Program-made: the position numbers and the translations under genes
Shown: in pieces, positions 28,683 through 39,500 of the stretch
Layout: each line of letters opens with the position of its first letter
Numbering within the stretch: the first letter of the stretch is position 1
The notes under the pieces: generated by a model
Seen by the model: the letters and a program-made list of their open reading frames with translations, nothing else
The model's database searches: none
What the model was told of the DNA's origin: nothing
From: an uncultured Erysipelotrichaceae bacterium
GTDB taxonomy: Bacteria > Bacillota_I > Bacilli_A > RF39 > UBA660
NCBI GenBank assembly: GCA_902794075.1
Contig: CADBGE010000001.1
Coordinates: 8,437-72,436 of the forward strand
Length of the DNA stretch: 64,000 nucleotides
Direction: 5' to 3'

Positions 28683-29069
28683 TCATCCAATTCTCATGTC
28701 CTCAATTTCATCACTTATTTCATACAATGATTTTATATAATGAATTGGGGCTATGTATTCAATACTATTTAAATAAGCAATGTCGCCACCGATTGATACA
28801 TAAGCTGATTTATAAGCTTCCTTTATATCAGTAGCAACAATAAAATATGTTTTATTATTAGATATTGAAATACGATATAACTTTTTATTTTTTTCAATAT
28901 CATTACATGAACCAATAAATGTGTCACTAATAAGTAACACATTTTTAATGTCATAATTAAATTTACGTTCAAATATAGCATTTATGTCTGAAACAGCATA
29001 ATAATGATTATTATCTGTTCCGTCATAAAGCTGTACTTTATATATTTTCATTTCTTTATTCATCTGCAA
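28683..29069 (-). CDS. hypothetical protein with internal two-fold repeat
   Basis: 128 aa; IYKVQLYDG..HYYAVSDINAIF and LYRISISNN.TYFIVATDIKEAY look like a duplicated small alpha/beta module. Last gene of a minus-strand operon. Confidence 0.3.
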   Translation of the reverse strand: MQMNKEMKIYKVQLYDGTDNNHYYAVSDINAIFERKFNYDIKNVLLISDTFIGSCNDIEKNKKLYRISISNNKTYFIVATDIKEAYKSAYVSIGGDIAYLNSIEYIAPIHYIKSLYEISDEIEDMRIG

Positions 29070-29093
29070 AGTTCTTAAAATATTTTTAATGCT

Positions 29094-30212
29094 TTAAGCA
29101 TCTGCAAAGTTCTTAAAATAGTTTTTTATCAATATTACTGGTGTTCCTTTGTCACCACTTCCTGATGTAAGGTCACATAAGCTTGCAAGAAGATCATAAT
29201 ATTTACGAGGTGTTGTTCCTTGTGCAAGCATTGGATTCATATCAATATGTTTATTCTTTTCTTCAATTAATGTTTTTATATTTTCAGAATCATTTGTGAC
29301 TTCATCAGCAATATACTTAATCTTAATTTCATTTGGTGATTTGTCAAGAAGATCTCCAGTATGATATGGACAACTCACTGGATCTGCAAATTCCCAGATA
29401 CCGGCTGAAGGATCTTTAAAGCATCCGTCTCCATATACCATAACATGGATTTTCTTTTTAGTCGTGTCCTCAACCCAATATCTGATATGTTCACAAACCT
29501 CCTCACACATTTCTTTTGTTGGAAACAGTTTCAATCGTTCATCACCACACTTATTTGAGCCTAACAAACCATATTCACACCATCCTCTATTTTCTCCAGG
29601 TTTATTAAATATTTCTGTAAGCTTAATGATTTTTGATAACGATTCTGCAGAATCATTCCATGCAATAAGATTATACATTTCACGAGCATCATCATTTCTT
29701 GAATGAATTGTACTAACTATTATATTTCCTGATGCGGCTTTATATAAATCAAATACATGGTCAGACTGCATTATTACAGCAGTAGCACATTCATCAGTAA
29801 TAATTTTTCTATAATATTCAATAATGTTTACACCAGTCCATGGATTGATGATATCATTACCTACTTCATCTTTTCCATGACGTAACTGCACAACCACTCT
29901 TTTTGCTCCTCGAGCAATACCACGAAGAATCATACTAAATCTATTTCTTGAATAGATTGGCCAGAGAACTCCTACTGTTGCATTGTTGCCATACTTGACT
30001 TTGATGAAATTTGCGATATCATCAACCGTGACATAATTATTATATGCACGAGCAATTAATGATTCAGTTATCCCTATAATGTCATCATTGTCAATTCTAA
30101 TCTCATTACTTAATATCATTTTTTTTAGTTCATCACAAATGATATTCTTAACATTATCACCAGACTTGATGATAGGCATTCGTAATCCTATTGCTTGTGT
30201 TCCTAAACTCAT
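29094..30212 (-). CDS. CofE-like (F420-0:gamma-glutamyl ligase family) protein with a large insertion
   Basis: N-terminus LRMPIIKSGDNVKNII...DDIIGITESLIARA parallels CofE LPLIKEGDDLAELI...GDVLVV.STVISKAEG. Central GLLGSN...LKLFP and VMVYGDGCFKD parallel NAGIDASN...LLLPP and VIITDTNGRCFRR. The C-terminus SGSGDKGTPVILIKNY parallels GEGGDGIPAVVVRGL. Confidence 0.55.
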   Translation of the reverse strand: MSLGTQAIGLRMPIIKSGDNVKNIICDELKKMILSNEIRIDNDDIIGITESLIARAYNNYVTVDDIANFIKVKYGNNATVGVLWPIYSRNRFSMILRGIARGAKRVVVQLRHGKDEVGNDIINPWTGVNIIEYYRKIITDECATAVIMQSDHVFDLYKAASGNIIVSTIHSRNDDAREMYNLIAWNDSAESLSKIIKLTEIFNKPGENRGWCEYGLLGSNKCGDERLKLFPTKEMCEEVCEHIRYWVEDTTKKKIHVMVYGDGCFKDPSAGIWEFADPVSCPYHTGDLLDKSPNEIKIKYIADEVTNDSENIKTLIEEKNKHIDMNPMLAQGTTPRKYYDLLASLCDLTSGSGDKGTPVILIKNYFKNFADA

Positions 30213-30304
30213 TTCTTGTTCTGATTATTGATATTAATTTTTTTAGATGCTGCAGCTAAACCCCACGTATCATATTTGTCATCCAAAACTTCATTACCGA
30301 ACAT
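30209..30304 (-). CDS. micro-ORF (31 aa), translationally coupled
   Basis: MFGNEVLDDKYDTWGLAAASKKININNQNKK. Its TGA overlaps the downstream ATG (ATGA), and it fills an otherwise unexplained 104-nt gap in a tight operon. Below the track cutoff. Confidence 0.3.
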   Translation of the reverse strand: MFGNEVLDDKYDTWGLAAASKKININNQNKK

Positions 30305-30316
30305 CGTAGATTCCAT

Positions 30317-31012
30317 TCATGTATTGTTAATTTCAGTATAATTATTATAATCAAAATCTGCATCAGTTGAATTACTACATCTTTCTTGATATTTATGTTG
30401 TTCTTCTAACGGAATGCTTGATGTATATACATGATTAAACGGTATTGGATCATTGTCGCAATATACTTTATTAATATCATACCATGGGCTACTTGGTGTT
30501 CCTGGTGTCCATGGATATGTTGGATATGGATCTGTCAAAGTTTTTTGGGATAACAACAATTTGTTTAACTTATCATTGATGTCATCAAGCTTCCTCTCAA
30601 TCATTTCTTTCCATTTTTGTTCATCACCGAACATTTCCTTTAAACCAGGAATCTCAAGATAATCATCTTTTGATACATTCTTGAACAGTTTCTTCCATCT
30701 TTTATAATCTTCATTAGCAGGTTCATCATTGATTACATGAGGCCAATATGATGAATCCTTTCCAATGCACCACTCCATTCCAGGCTCAAACTTAACAAGA
30801 AATTTATGGTCAACTTCTACTACATATGTCTGATCATTGTTTTCCATATTATCACGTTCATCAATAAGTGTTATATAGTAATATGGCTTACCAAAAAAAT
30901 CAGGCAAATTACACATAGCAAAATTATTTGCAACTATACGACCTTTCTTCCAAGTTTGTCTACCTGGATTACAACAAAACAAAACAACATCACCAATCTT
31001 AAAGTTATTCAT
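30317..31012 (-). CDS. hypothetical protein with SH3/Tudor-like N-terminus
   Basis: 231 aa; FKIGDVVLF...WKKGRIV at the N-terminus, a central helical region and a Pro/Tyr/Trp-rich C-terminus. Lies between thyX and the CofE-like gene. Confidence 0.3.
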   Translation of the reverse strand: MNNFKIGDVVLFCCNPGRQTWKKGRIVANNFAMCNLPDFFGKPYYYITLIDERDNMENNDQTYVVEVDHKFLVKFEPGMEWCIGKDSSYWPHVINDEPANEDYKRWKKLFKNVSKDDYLEIPGLKEMFGDEQKWKEMIERKLDDINDKLNKLLLSQKTLTDPYPTYPWTPGTPSSPWYDINKVYCDNDPIPFNHVYTSSIPLEEQHKYQERCSNSTDADFDYNNYTEINNT

Positions 31013-31018
31013 ATTATA

Positions 31019-32038
31019 TTATTTATTATTTATTTTTTCATTTATCATATCACCAATCAGTTTCATATCAGGATGCGGTTTTCCTGTAGTTCCAATGCTT
31101 CGTAAGTCAATGAAATGCTGCCAGTCATCTTCATATGCAGTGTGAACCAATTCGGTATGTAGGTCCAATGGAAGTACGCGCCTAGCTTGTTGTGGTGTCC
31201 AGCCCATTTTAAGCAAATTCATATATGAAAATTCTGATGCCATATTTCCAAACAGCCAAGCCGTTACAACGCTCCAAAGATCATTCTTATCATTAATGAT
31301 TTCTTGGCATAATCCTTTAAATATGTTATCTCCGTAAGATATTTCAAGAGACGAAAGTTCCATATTAACGTCGTCTTCATTAATGTCTGCATTAAGTGCT
31401 ATTGAAATTTCATTTCCGAACTTATCTTTACTATAATTACAATATCTTGTTGACTGTTCTGCTGGACTGTCTGCTCTATGTCTGTTTGCTTCTGCTGAAA
31501 CACCTCTGTCAGTGAACATTTTTATAGTGATTCTTTTATCATGATGATCTCCAGGTTCACACATAAATGACAACACATATTCTTTATCTAATCCAAGTTC
31601 CCAACCATGAAGTTTTTCACGACGCATTGGTCCAAGTTCATCCCAATTAATTTGTTCAATAAACACACGATAATTAGTAGTTATAGCATAATGGTCAACA
31701 CTAATTGTGGTTTTATCATCAATATTATGTTCCTTTTTATATTTATTGACTCGTGAATATGGGTTCTTTTTAAATATCTGTATAATATTAGATTTCCACA
31801 TGTACTCTCTATCATCACCAAGATTTCCGAGAGGTATATCTAAATATAAAGTTCCATGTTCAAGCATTGATGTATGTTTAGACGCAATCATACGATTGAC
31901 AAACTTCTTTGCTGAATCATCCGTTATATTTGCTTCTGACTTATAACATGTACGACCAGCAATTTCAATTTGTTTAAGTATACCTTCGAAACCCGGTTGT
32001 TGTTTAATAATTTCTATATCAGGATTAATAAATTTCAT
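31019..32038 (-). CDS. thyX: flavin-dependent thymidylate synthase ThyX
   Basis: Contains the ThyX signature RHRxxSxxxxSxR (ANRHRADSPAEQSTRY) plus an N-terminal HTSMLEH region. At 339 aa it is longer than typical ThyX. Confidence 0.8.
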   Translation of the reverse strand: MKFINPDIEIIKQQPGFEGILKQIEIAGRTCYKSEANITDDSAKKFVNRMIASKHTSMLEHGTLYLDIPLGNLGDDREYMWKSNIIQIFKKNPYSRVNKYKKEHNIDDKTTISVDHYAITTNYRVFIEQINWDELGPMRREKLHGWELGLDKEYVLSFMCEPGDHHDKRITIKMFTDRGVSAEANRHRADSPAEQSTRYCNYSKDKFGNEISIALNADINEDDVNMELSSLEISYGDNIFKGLCQEIINDKNDLWSVVTAWLFGNMASEFSYMNLLKMGWTPQQARRVLPLDLHTELVHTAYEDDWQHFIDLRSIGTTGKPHPDMKLIGDMINEKINNK

Positions 32039-32136
32039 TTTCTTCGTCTATGTTTAGTAAATAAATAACCGTATGCGAAACCACATATAGAAACAACAAT
32101 CATTGTAATGATAACGGTTAAAATAGTTTCTAACAT
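32035..32136 (-). CDS. micro-ORF (33 aa) single-pass membrane peptide
   Basis: MLETILTVIITMIVVSICGFAYGYLFTKHRRRK: one hydrophobic helix plus a basic tail. Its TGA overlaps the thyX ATG (ATGA). Below the track cutoff. Confidence 0.4.
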   Translation of the reverse strand: MLETILTVIITMIVVSICGFAYGYLFTKHRRRK

Positions 32137-32147
32137 AATTTTTAACT

Positions 32148-32420
32148 TTATTTTTGATAAATGATTTCCTTTCCCATTCCTTGCGCAAAATAATGCTCTG
32201 TTTGAGCTCCGTTACTGTCTTTCCAATTATTCATCATATACACAACATCACATGATTTGATTACATTTAAATCATGTAATATTCTATCTTCCCATAAACT
32301 TGATGTATGCTCAAATCTACAAGGATTCATTACATTATATTCATTTTGAAATTCCTTTTCAATTTCAGCAAATAATGACTTGTAATTGTCAAGGCCCTTC
32401 ATTTTGCCCGAAATATACAT
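32148..32420 (-). CDS. DUF4406-type nucleoside 2-deoxyribosyltransferase-like protein
   Basis: MYISGKMKGL..N...F......NVMNP...W......DL..IKSCDVVYMMNNWKDSNGAQTEHYFAQGMGKEI matches the remembered DUF4406/NDT-like pattern (YIaGPmtG...NP...cD.i..l.gW..S.GA..E...A...G). Confidence 0.55.
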   Translation of the reverse strand: MYISGKMKGLDNYKSLFAEIEKEFQNEYNVMNPCRFEHTSSLWEDRILHDLNVIKSCDVVYMMNNWKDSNGAQTEHYFAQGMGKEIIYQK

Positions 32421-32552
32421 TTTTTTTCTTCATAACATAAAAAATAAACATTGTTTATATTAATATATAAATGAATGAAAGAAATATTTAATACATTTTA
32501 ATATCATTTTTTGATTTTTAATTATATAAATTTTTTATTGGAAATTTAAGAT

Positions 32553-35500
32553 ATGTTTAAACCACTATTAAGAACAATACCTACACTTACTGGTAATTTC
32601 ACACTTGCTTGCAAACTTGACACATATAGAAAGAACAGTGTTCTAAATTATGAATGTGGAGTTACTGAAGCTGTTCTAATGCCATTACAAAACAATTTAG
32701 CAAACAAACATGTAAATGTTAGTTTATTATATGATAGTTATGAATATGATGTGCAAAGATATTATAAGTCATTTTCTAGTATGTTTTATACTGATAATTA
32801 TGATTATGACAAAAATAATATATATGACATAAATCTATCATCTAATAAGACATATGAAAATAGAAATAAGGATTATGAATTTGGATGTAAAAGAAACATA
32901 ATGAATAGTGGTTATCAATATATGTTTTATGCTCCATTTTATATAACTGACACAAAGTCGTTACCAGATGAATTTATTTTGCATATAGAATTTAAGAAGA
33001 ACATATATAAGAACATACACATAAAGATTTTTGACAATAATGACAGTGACAAGATATCTAATTATTTAAGTGTTTATTTAAAACGATATGTTGAAAAGAT
33101 AGATGAAAGATGCATATTTTGTTTACCAGAAAGTCATCAAGCAACATATTTTGGAATTGATGTTCAAACAGGTGGATTTAAATATTGTAAAGATAATGTG
33201 TTTGGTGTATTATATGATGAACAATTATCCATTAATGATTTTGATAAAGTAATAAATGATGGGTTCAATAGAAACAAAATAATAATGCGCCAAATTGTTC
33301 CGTTATCATTTATGTTCAACATATCTGACATATTGACAAGAAATGAATATAATACATATATAAATGAAAAAATAAAGATTAGTGGTTGGTATGAAAGAAA
33401 TGGAATGAAATATGATTTTTATGATTTTGATACGGATTATAAAACATTAATGCTAAATGATGTAAACGTATTAAATCCTGACCAATCAAATATAAGTGAG
33501 AACAATAATTTAAAACAATCATTACATGAAGGAATTGATGAACAATTAAAATATGACAACACAATTTCAATCACACATAACAAATGGTGTCTTTTGCCAA
33601 CACTAAACAACACAGAAAAATATATAACAAATTCATCAAACATATTTCTTGATTCTTATGGAAACTATTATAAGACTCCAATAATGTATCAATCTAATTC
33701 ATCATATTTATATTATGACAATGAAAAGCATGATGTTGACTTATTAAATTCATTTAACGCTGTAAAGAATAATAACATAGAAAATATCGTGACACAAACA
33801 AAATTTTCTGAGGATGACATATTATATGAAACTAATTGGCATGATGTATATAACAATAAATGCATAATTGGCGGATTCTTATATGACATAAATGATTTGT
33901 CTTATACTGAAACACTTGATAGTAATGGTATAGTACGAAGTAAGTATCAGAAAATAGATAAATTTAATATATTTGCTTATGTCAACATATTAAATTCTAA
34001 TGACAATATAAAATACTGTAAATATTCGTTGATTGAAGATCAGCCATTAGAAATTAATGCAACAGCATATAATGACCTTGAAAACCCAATGTTCATGAAA
34101 GACATTGTACAGTATAATTATAGATATGGCAATTATCATGAATCTAATACATTATTTAATGGATCATATATGACTTTTGATGATCTTGCTAAAATAGCAT
34201 ACAATGATACAGCGCATAGTTATGATTCAATTAATAAAGACATATATATTGATTATTCATATTACTATTATGTTTCAAATATGTATGCTAAAATAAATTC
34301 ATTAAATGATTTAGCAAAAATAAGTACAGACATAAATCATTTAGATATAAAATTATGGGACGGGTTTGAGATTTATAATGACATTGATACAGAATCTTTT
34401 GTTACTGCCGTAACATATCTTGATAAGAATAGAAACGAAAAACTTTCTGACATATGTTATATCGCAATTAATCAGTCAAATAACGTAAAATCAATAAGTG
34501 ACATTCCAGAAAATGATATTGTGAACACTAGAAATTCAAGAATAGCTTTTTACAATACTTTTGCTGATTGCCATGAATTAGTAAAAAACATTTATCTATC
34601 TGACAAAAATAAGAATGAAAACGAAGAATACATTCATTCACAATCATACATATTATATCATAACTTATTAAATGATGATTATCTATCATATATAAATAAT
34701 TATTATCATCATATTCCAAAATACGAAGATAGTGCATTTATATCAAGAGGCCACATGGAACGCAATGATGTTAAAATAAATTACGTATATTGTGACAATT
34801 GGATTCTTGATGAATACATAAATTATATAAATGAAAATGTCAATGAGAAACATAAGATAAAGAATATAGAAAAAACAATTGAAGATGCATACATTGGATT
34901 TATTAATTATGATCAGTATAAAACTTATAGAAAAAGAATGTATGGAAAAAATATAAATAATAACATATATGTGCTTAATGTTTATGTAATAATTAACTCA
35001 ACGGCGGACAAAAAAATAATTACTGAATTTAGAACAATAAAAAAATATGAAAAACTATCTAATGAGAAGTTAAAGAATGAAGAACTAATTAAAACACTTA
35101 TAAGTGAGCATAGATTATATCATTTTGGGCAGGCTTGTAAAATATCTAAATCATTCTATAATAAAATACTAAAAATATTTAAAGAAAACACTAAGCTTAT
35201 AGGAAGTAGTACAAACTTATCATTTATATTATATACAACTAATGAAGATATAATGGATAAGATTAAAATAAAAAATGATGGCATAATATTTAACGGATAC
35301 GACGCATATGATAAAAAATATACATTGGATAATTTAAAAGATACTACAGAACCAATACTAATACCATTAACGACACATGTTTTATGGTCATTAGAATCTA
35401 TTAAAGAAACATATGACATATTGACTTCTAATAACATAAGAACAGATGAAGATGAAACATACATAACGCATAACATATATGATTTAATAAGTTGTAATAA

Positions 35501-36482
35501 GATTAATACAGTCATTGATGAAAATGATTTAGATGAGAATGGAAACATAAAAAATTATTTTGATAGTATTATAGAACATCATAAAGAAGATCCAGAGCAT
35601 TTCAATAAATTTTATGAACGAATTAATACTCCTTTAATAGATTCCGACAATACAATGAAAATTATTGAAAAGGATAATGAAACATATGCATACTATTATA
35701 TTACATTGAATTTATACAACAACATATATTCATTTAACATAAATACAACAAACAACATAGATACATTTGATTTATCATCATTTAAATTAGAAGATATATT
35801 ACCATACATAAAAGACAATGTTTTGAACTATATAGCAAATGTCATTGGAGAAAAGATATTGATGAAAAAGAATGATATAAATATAATGATAGACAAAACA
35901 TTTGATTTTGCAAACAATAATGTAACGAACAATTATCTTCCATTAAAGACACATATAAGTAGATATTATAATGACATCACACCAATATTGAACAAATCAG
36001 CTTCTGTAAAAGCATATAGTTTATTATATAATAAAAAGAATAATATAGCGCATAAAAATGATTTTTTAGGTAATGTTGTATACTATCATAATGATGTTCC
36101 TATTGAATATGATGACACCTATTTGTCATATTGCGGCATACCATGTGTTGATTATGATGGAAGTGTACAATATACAAATGAATATGAAAGAAAGTTTTAT
36201 AACAATAATGAATTTTATCTTCTTGAACCATTATTTGAAATAACAGACAACACATTATATACATTAGAAAATATAAGAAAAATAGAAGAACATGATTATC
36301 TGTTCAATAATATTTTCATTCCACATATGAAAAAATTCAAAGGAATGGAATCTCTGAATAATGACGAATATTTATTTTTATTTAACAGGTATAAGGTTGA
36401 TTATACATCATATCCTGTGAAACTTAATATAATTGAAACAGATAAAATGCACAAGCTAAAATTTACATTCGCTCTTGTGTAA
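32553..36482 (+). CDS. giant Asn/Tyr/Ile/Lys-rich protein (virion structural candidate)
   Basis: 1309-aa uninterrupted ORF; TATAAATT box upstream; no motif recognised. Confidence 0.35.
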   Translation: MFKPLLRTIPTLTGNFTLACKLDTYRKNSVLNYECGVTEAVLMPLQNNLANKHVNVSLLYDSYEYDVQRYYKSFSSMFYTDNYDYDKNNIYDINLSSNKTYENRNKDYEFGCKRNIMNSGYQYMFYAPFYITDTKSLPDEFILHIEFKKNIYKNIHIKIFDNNDSDKISNYLSVYLKRYVEKIDERCIFCLPESHQATYFGIDVQTGGFKYCKDNVFGVLYDEQLSINDFDKVINDGFNRNKIIMRQIVPLSFMFNISDILTRNEYNTYINEKIKISGWYERNGMKYDFYDFDTDYKTLMLNDVNVLNPDQSNISENNNLKQSLHEGIDEQLKYDNTISITHNKWCLLPTLNNTEKYITNSSNIFLDSYGNYYKTPIMYQSNSSYLYYDNEKHDVDLLNSFNAVKNNNIENIVTQTKFSEDDILYETNWHDVYNNKCIIGGFLYDINDLSYTETLDSNGIVRSKYQKIDKFNIFAYVNILNSNDNIKYCKYSLIEDQPLEINATAYNDLENPMFMKDIVQYNYRYGNYHESNTLFNGSYMTFDDLAKIAYNDTAHSYDSINKDIYIDYSYYYYVSNMYAKINSLNDLAKISTDINHLDIKLWDGFEIYNDIDTESFVTAVTYLDKNRNEKLSDICYIAINQSNNVKSISDIPENDIVNTRNSRIAFYNTFADCHELVKNIYLSDKNKNENEEYIHSQSYILYHNLLNDDYLSYINNYYHHIPKYEDSAFISRGHMERNDVKINYVYCDNWILDEYINYINENVNEKHKIKNIEKTIEDAYIGFINYDQYKTYRKRMYGKNINNNIYVLNVYVIINSTADKKIITEFRTIKKYEKLSNEKLKNEELIKTLISEHRLYHFGQACKISKSFYNKILKIFKENTKLIGSSTNLSFILYTTNEDIMDKIKIKNDGIIFNGYDAYDKKYTLDNLKDTTEPILIPLTTHVLWSLESIKETYDILTSNNIRTDEDETYITHNIYDLISCNKINTVIDENDLDENGNIKNYFDSIIEHHKEDPEHFNKFYERINTPLIDSDNTMKIIEKDNETYAYYYITLNLYNNIYSFNINTTNNIDTFDLSSFKLEDILPYIKDNVLNYIANVIGEKILMKKNDINIMIDKTFDFANNNVTNNYLPLKTHISRYYNDITPILNKSASVKAYSLLYNKKNNIAHKNDFLGNVVYYHNDVPIEYDDTYLSYCGIPCVDYDGSVQYTNEYERKFYNNNEFYLLEPLFEITDNTLYTLENIRKIEEHDYLFNNIFIPHMKKFKGMESLNNDEYLFLFNRYKVDYTSYPVKLNIIETDKMHKLKFTFALV

Positions 36483-36511
36483 AATCATAATATATAAAAT
36501 AACTAAGAATT

Positions 36512-39500
36512 ATGCCAATTAACAACATTAACACGCTACAGAATTACGAAGATCTAAAATATACTGTAGAACTTGCTAAACAAGACCAAAACAATAATCT
36601 TGATACTGATTATTACATTCATGCTCTTGCGAATCTAGAACAAAGAAATGAATATAGATATTCCAATGGCATTAAGTATGGCATATTGACATATGATAGA
36701 GACATAACGGTTGGTATTAATGATGTAAATAGTAATGATCATTTGGTAAATGATGAAATAGCAGCAACGACAACTCTTCTTGAGTTAAACAATGATATGT
36801 CATTTGATATAATTGTAAACAATATTGAAACATATCTTAAGCATTCACAGATATACAATGACGGCAGTTCAATTAAATCATTATTGTTTGGCAAAATTCT
36901 TGGTTCTGATGATTCTGAAAACGCAAGTAATGTTGAGATTCAATATACAGATATAGATTTAAATGAACATATTTTAAAGGAGGCATATAGAGCATTTCAT
37001 TTGGACGATCCAACAAATGACAACATATATATATTAATTCATCTAAAATTAAATGAAACTACACTTAATGAGCATATATACAAATTAATGGTATATAAAT
37101 TAAGTATTCCTATAAATAGTGAAAATTTCAAAAATGTATTTAAAGCTACAACATATGCTCAAAATTCTATATCTGATGTATTTGGAGAAAAATTAACTGT
37201 AGGCAGTACACAATTATTTGATGAACTAATAAGTTCTTGCGGAGTATATACTGTTGAGACAATAGAAAACAACTATACTCTTGAATGCACGTATGATACT
37301 ATTGAAGAACATTTACTTAAGATAAGTGACAAATCATTAATGTCAGATAGTTATAATAAAATAAATGAACTTTTATACTTTAACTATTATAATATAAGTC
37401 AATATGTCAATGCATTAAACAATGATTTAACTATGACATATCCAAACATTCTTAAGTATTATTCAGTAAAACAGTTCAATTCTAATAACAACACACTTAA
37501 GGAAATGATTGCAAAGACATTATATAACGAAATATATAATAGTCTTACTGAAATACAAAAAAGAAGTGCTACATTATTCATTCCTAAAAATACAGTAATA
37601 ACTTATGTAAGTAATGTAGAAAATTCTTTGCAGATATATTATACAGATGATATTTATATATATTTCACAAATAATTCTGATGTAAACATAGAAACAAACA
37701 AAAATGTAGAAGGAATAAAATTTTATTATAGTGGAATAGACAAAACTATCATATATAACATATACACAAAATATAACACAAAATATACTGAACTTGTAGA
37801 CTGTTTTAAAGTAAACAAAAAATATGTTCTCCCATATATTGATGATTCGCATCTTTGGAACATCAACGATAATCAGACAACGATTTATGCAAGTGGAGAA
37901 TCAGCTGGAAATCCAAACATATTCATTATAAGAACTTATCTTGATGATAAGAACAATATAAAACAAGCTCAACTAAATAGAACTGACATTCAACAAAATT
38001 TATTGACATATGCTTATAAACGTCAGAACATAAGATACTATAATAGTGGAACTGAAGCAACAAAAGATTATACATACATATTTGCTGTGCCAATTATAAA
38101 TAGTAAGAGCATAGATAAATTAAAATATGCTACACTATTTGTAATGTCAAACGTTGTAGTGTCAGGTAAAGATAAAAATAATAATGTTATATATAAACCT
38201 GGTCCATCAGTCACAACTATATGGGCAATAAATGACAACACTACAAGTAACCAATCAGAATTTATAATTGTTACTAATGATGGAACAGAAAGAGGAACTC
38301 CGATAACATTTGAGGATATGTTCGGAATTGATGAACTAATATATCGTAGATTTGTTGAATATGGACATAATGCAAATGTGTTTGATGATATGATAGCAAT
38401 AAAGTTGCCTAAAAATATCATCAATGGTTCTGAGCCTAAGCCTAATTATAATTATTTCTCAATAGAGAGAAACCCAATACTTAAGATAGACGGAATATCG
38501 GAAACTGATGAAAGTTCATATAACTATAATCTTGTTGAAATGAAAATAAATGATACACTTAATTATCATGATTTTTCATATGCAACAGATACATATTATA
38601 CTGGAAACAGAAAATTGATGAATATATGGGCAGATAACGGAAAAAAGGTTTCACAACCATATACAGTAGAGTATAAAAATAATGTAGCATCAGAAACTCA
38701 TATATTAAGAGCAGGAGCACTTAGTAGTGAAAGCACTTCAGCCGGAATTACTGAACAGACAGTAATTTCATCTAATGATGATCATTCTATTAAAACAGAT
38801 GAAAATAGCACCTCAGTTGTTCTTAATAAAATTGATGTCAATGAATATCTACCACAATCATATGTTCCAATATTAAAGGAATCAAATATTTTCCATCAGG
38901 ACAATAATATAATAAATAGAACAAACATATATTCATTCAATGATCAAGGTAAAATATATTATGCATATATTGGAACATCTTGTGAAAGCGGAAATAAAAA
39001 CGTATTGCATATAGGAACATCAGATTTTGCACACATGGTCAATCTTGGTAAAGAATCTCTTGTAACTGACGATGATTCCAATAATATATTCAACAAAACT
39101 GATGGGTTGTCAATAGATTTCACATATACATACATAAATTCTAAAGTTACAAACATTGAATATCTAAAGACAAAATATAACATATCGAAAAATGAATATA
39201 TCAGTTCCGGTGAACATGTAAAAGTTATAACATTGCCATTATATTATATACATAATGAATATAATGAAGGAGGTAATCAAAAAAATATAATAGTAAATGT
39301 AATAACTGAAAATATAACTGATAATCCTATAGTTGAAATAACACATAATAATGTAACTTTACAAAGTAATAGGAATGATAATTGTCGTTTTATAAAAATA
39401 AGTCTTTCAAGTGGTAATAAAGATTTCGGTAAATATATTACTAATACATATCCAGAACTTAAAGGTATGATTGGTAATTTATCAGAAGTACAAACAGTCA

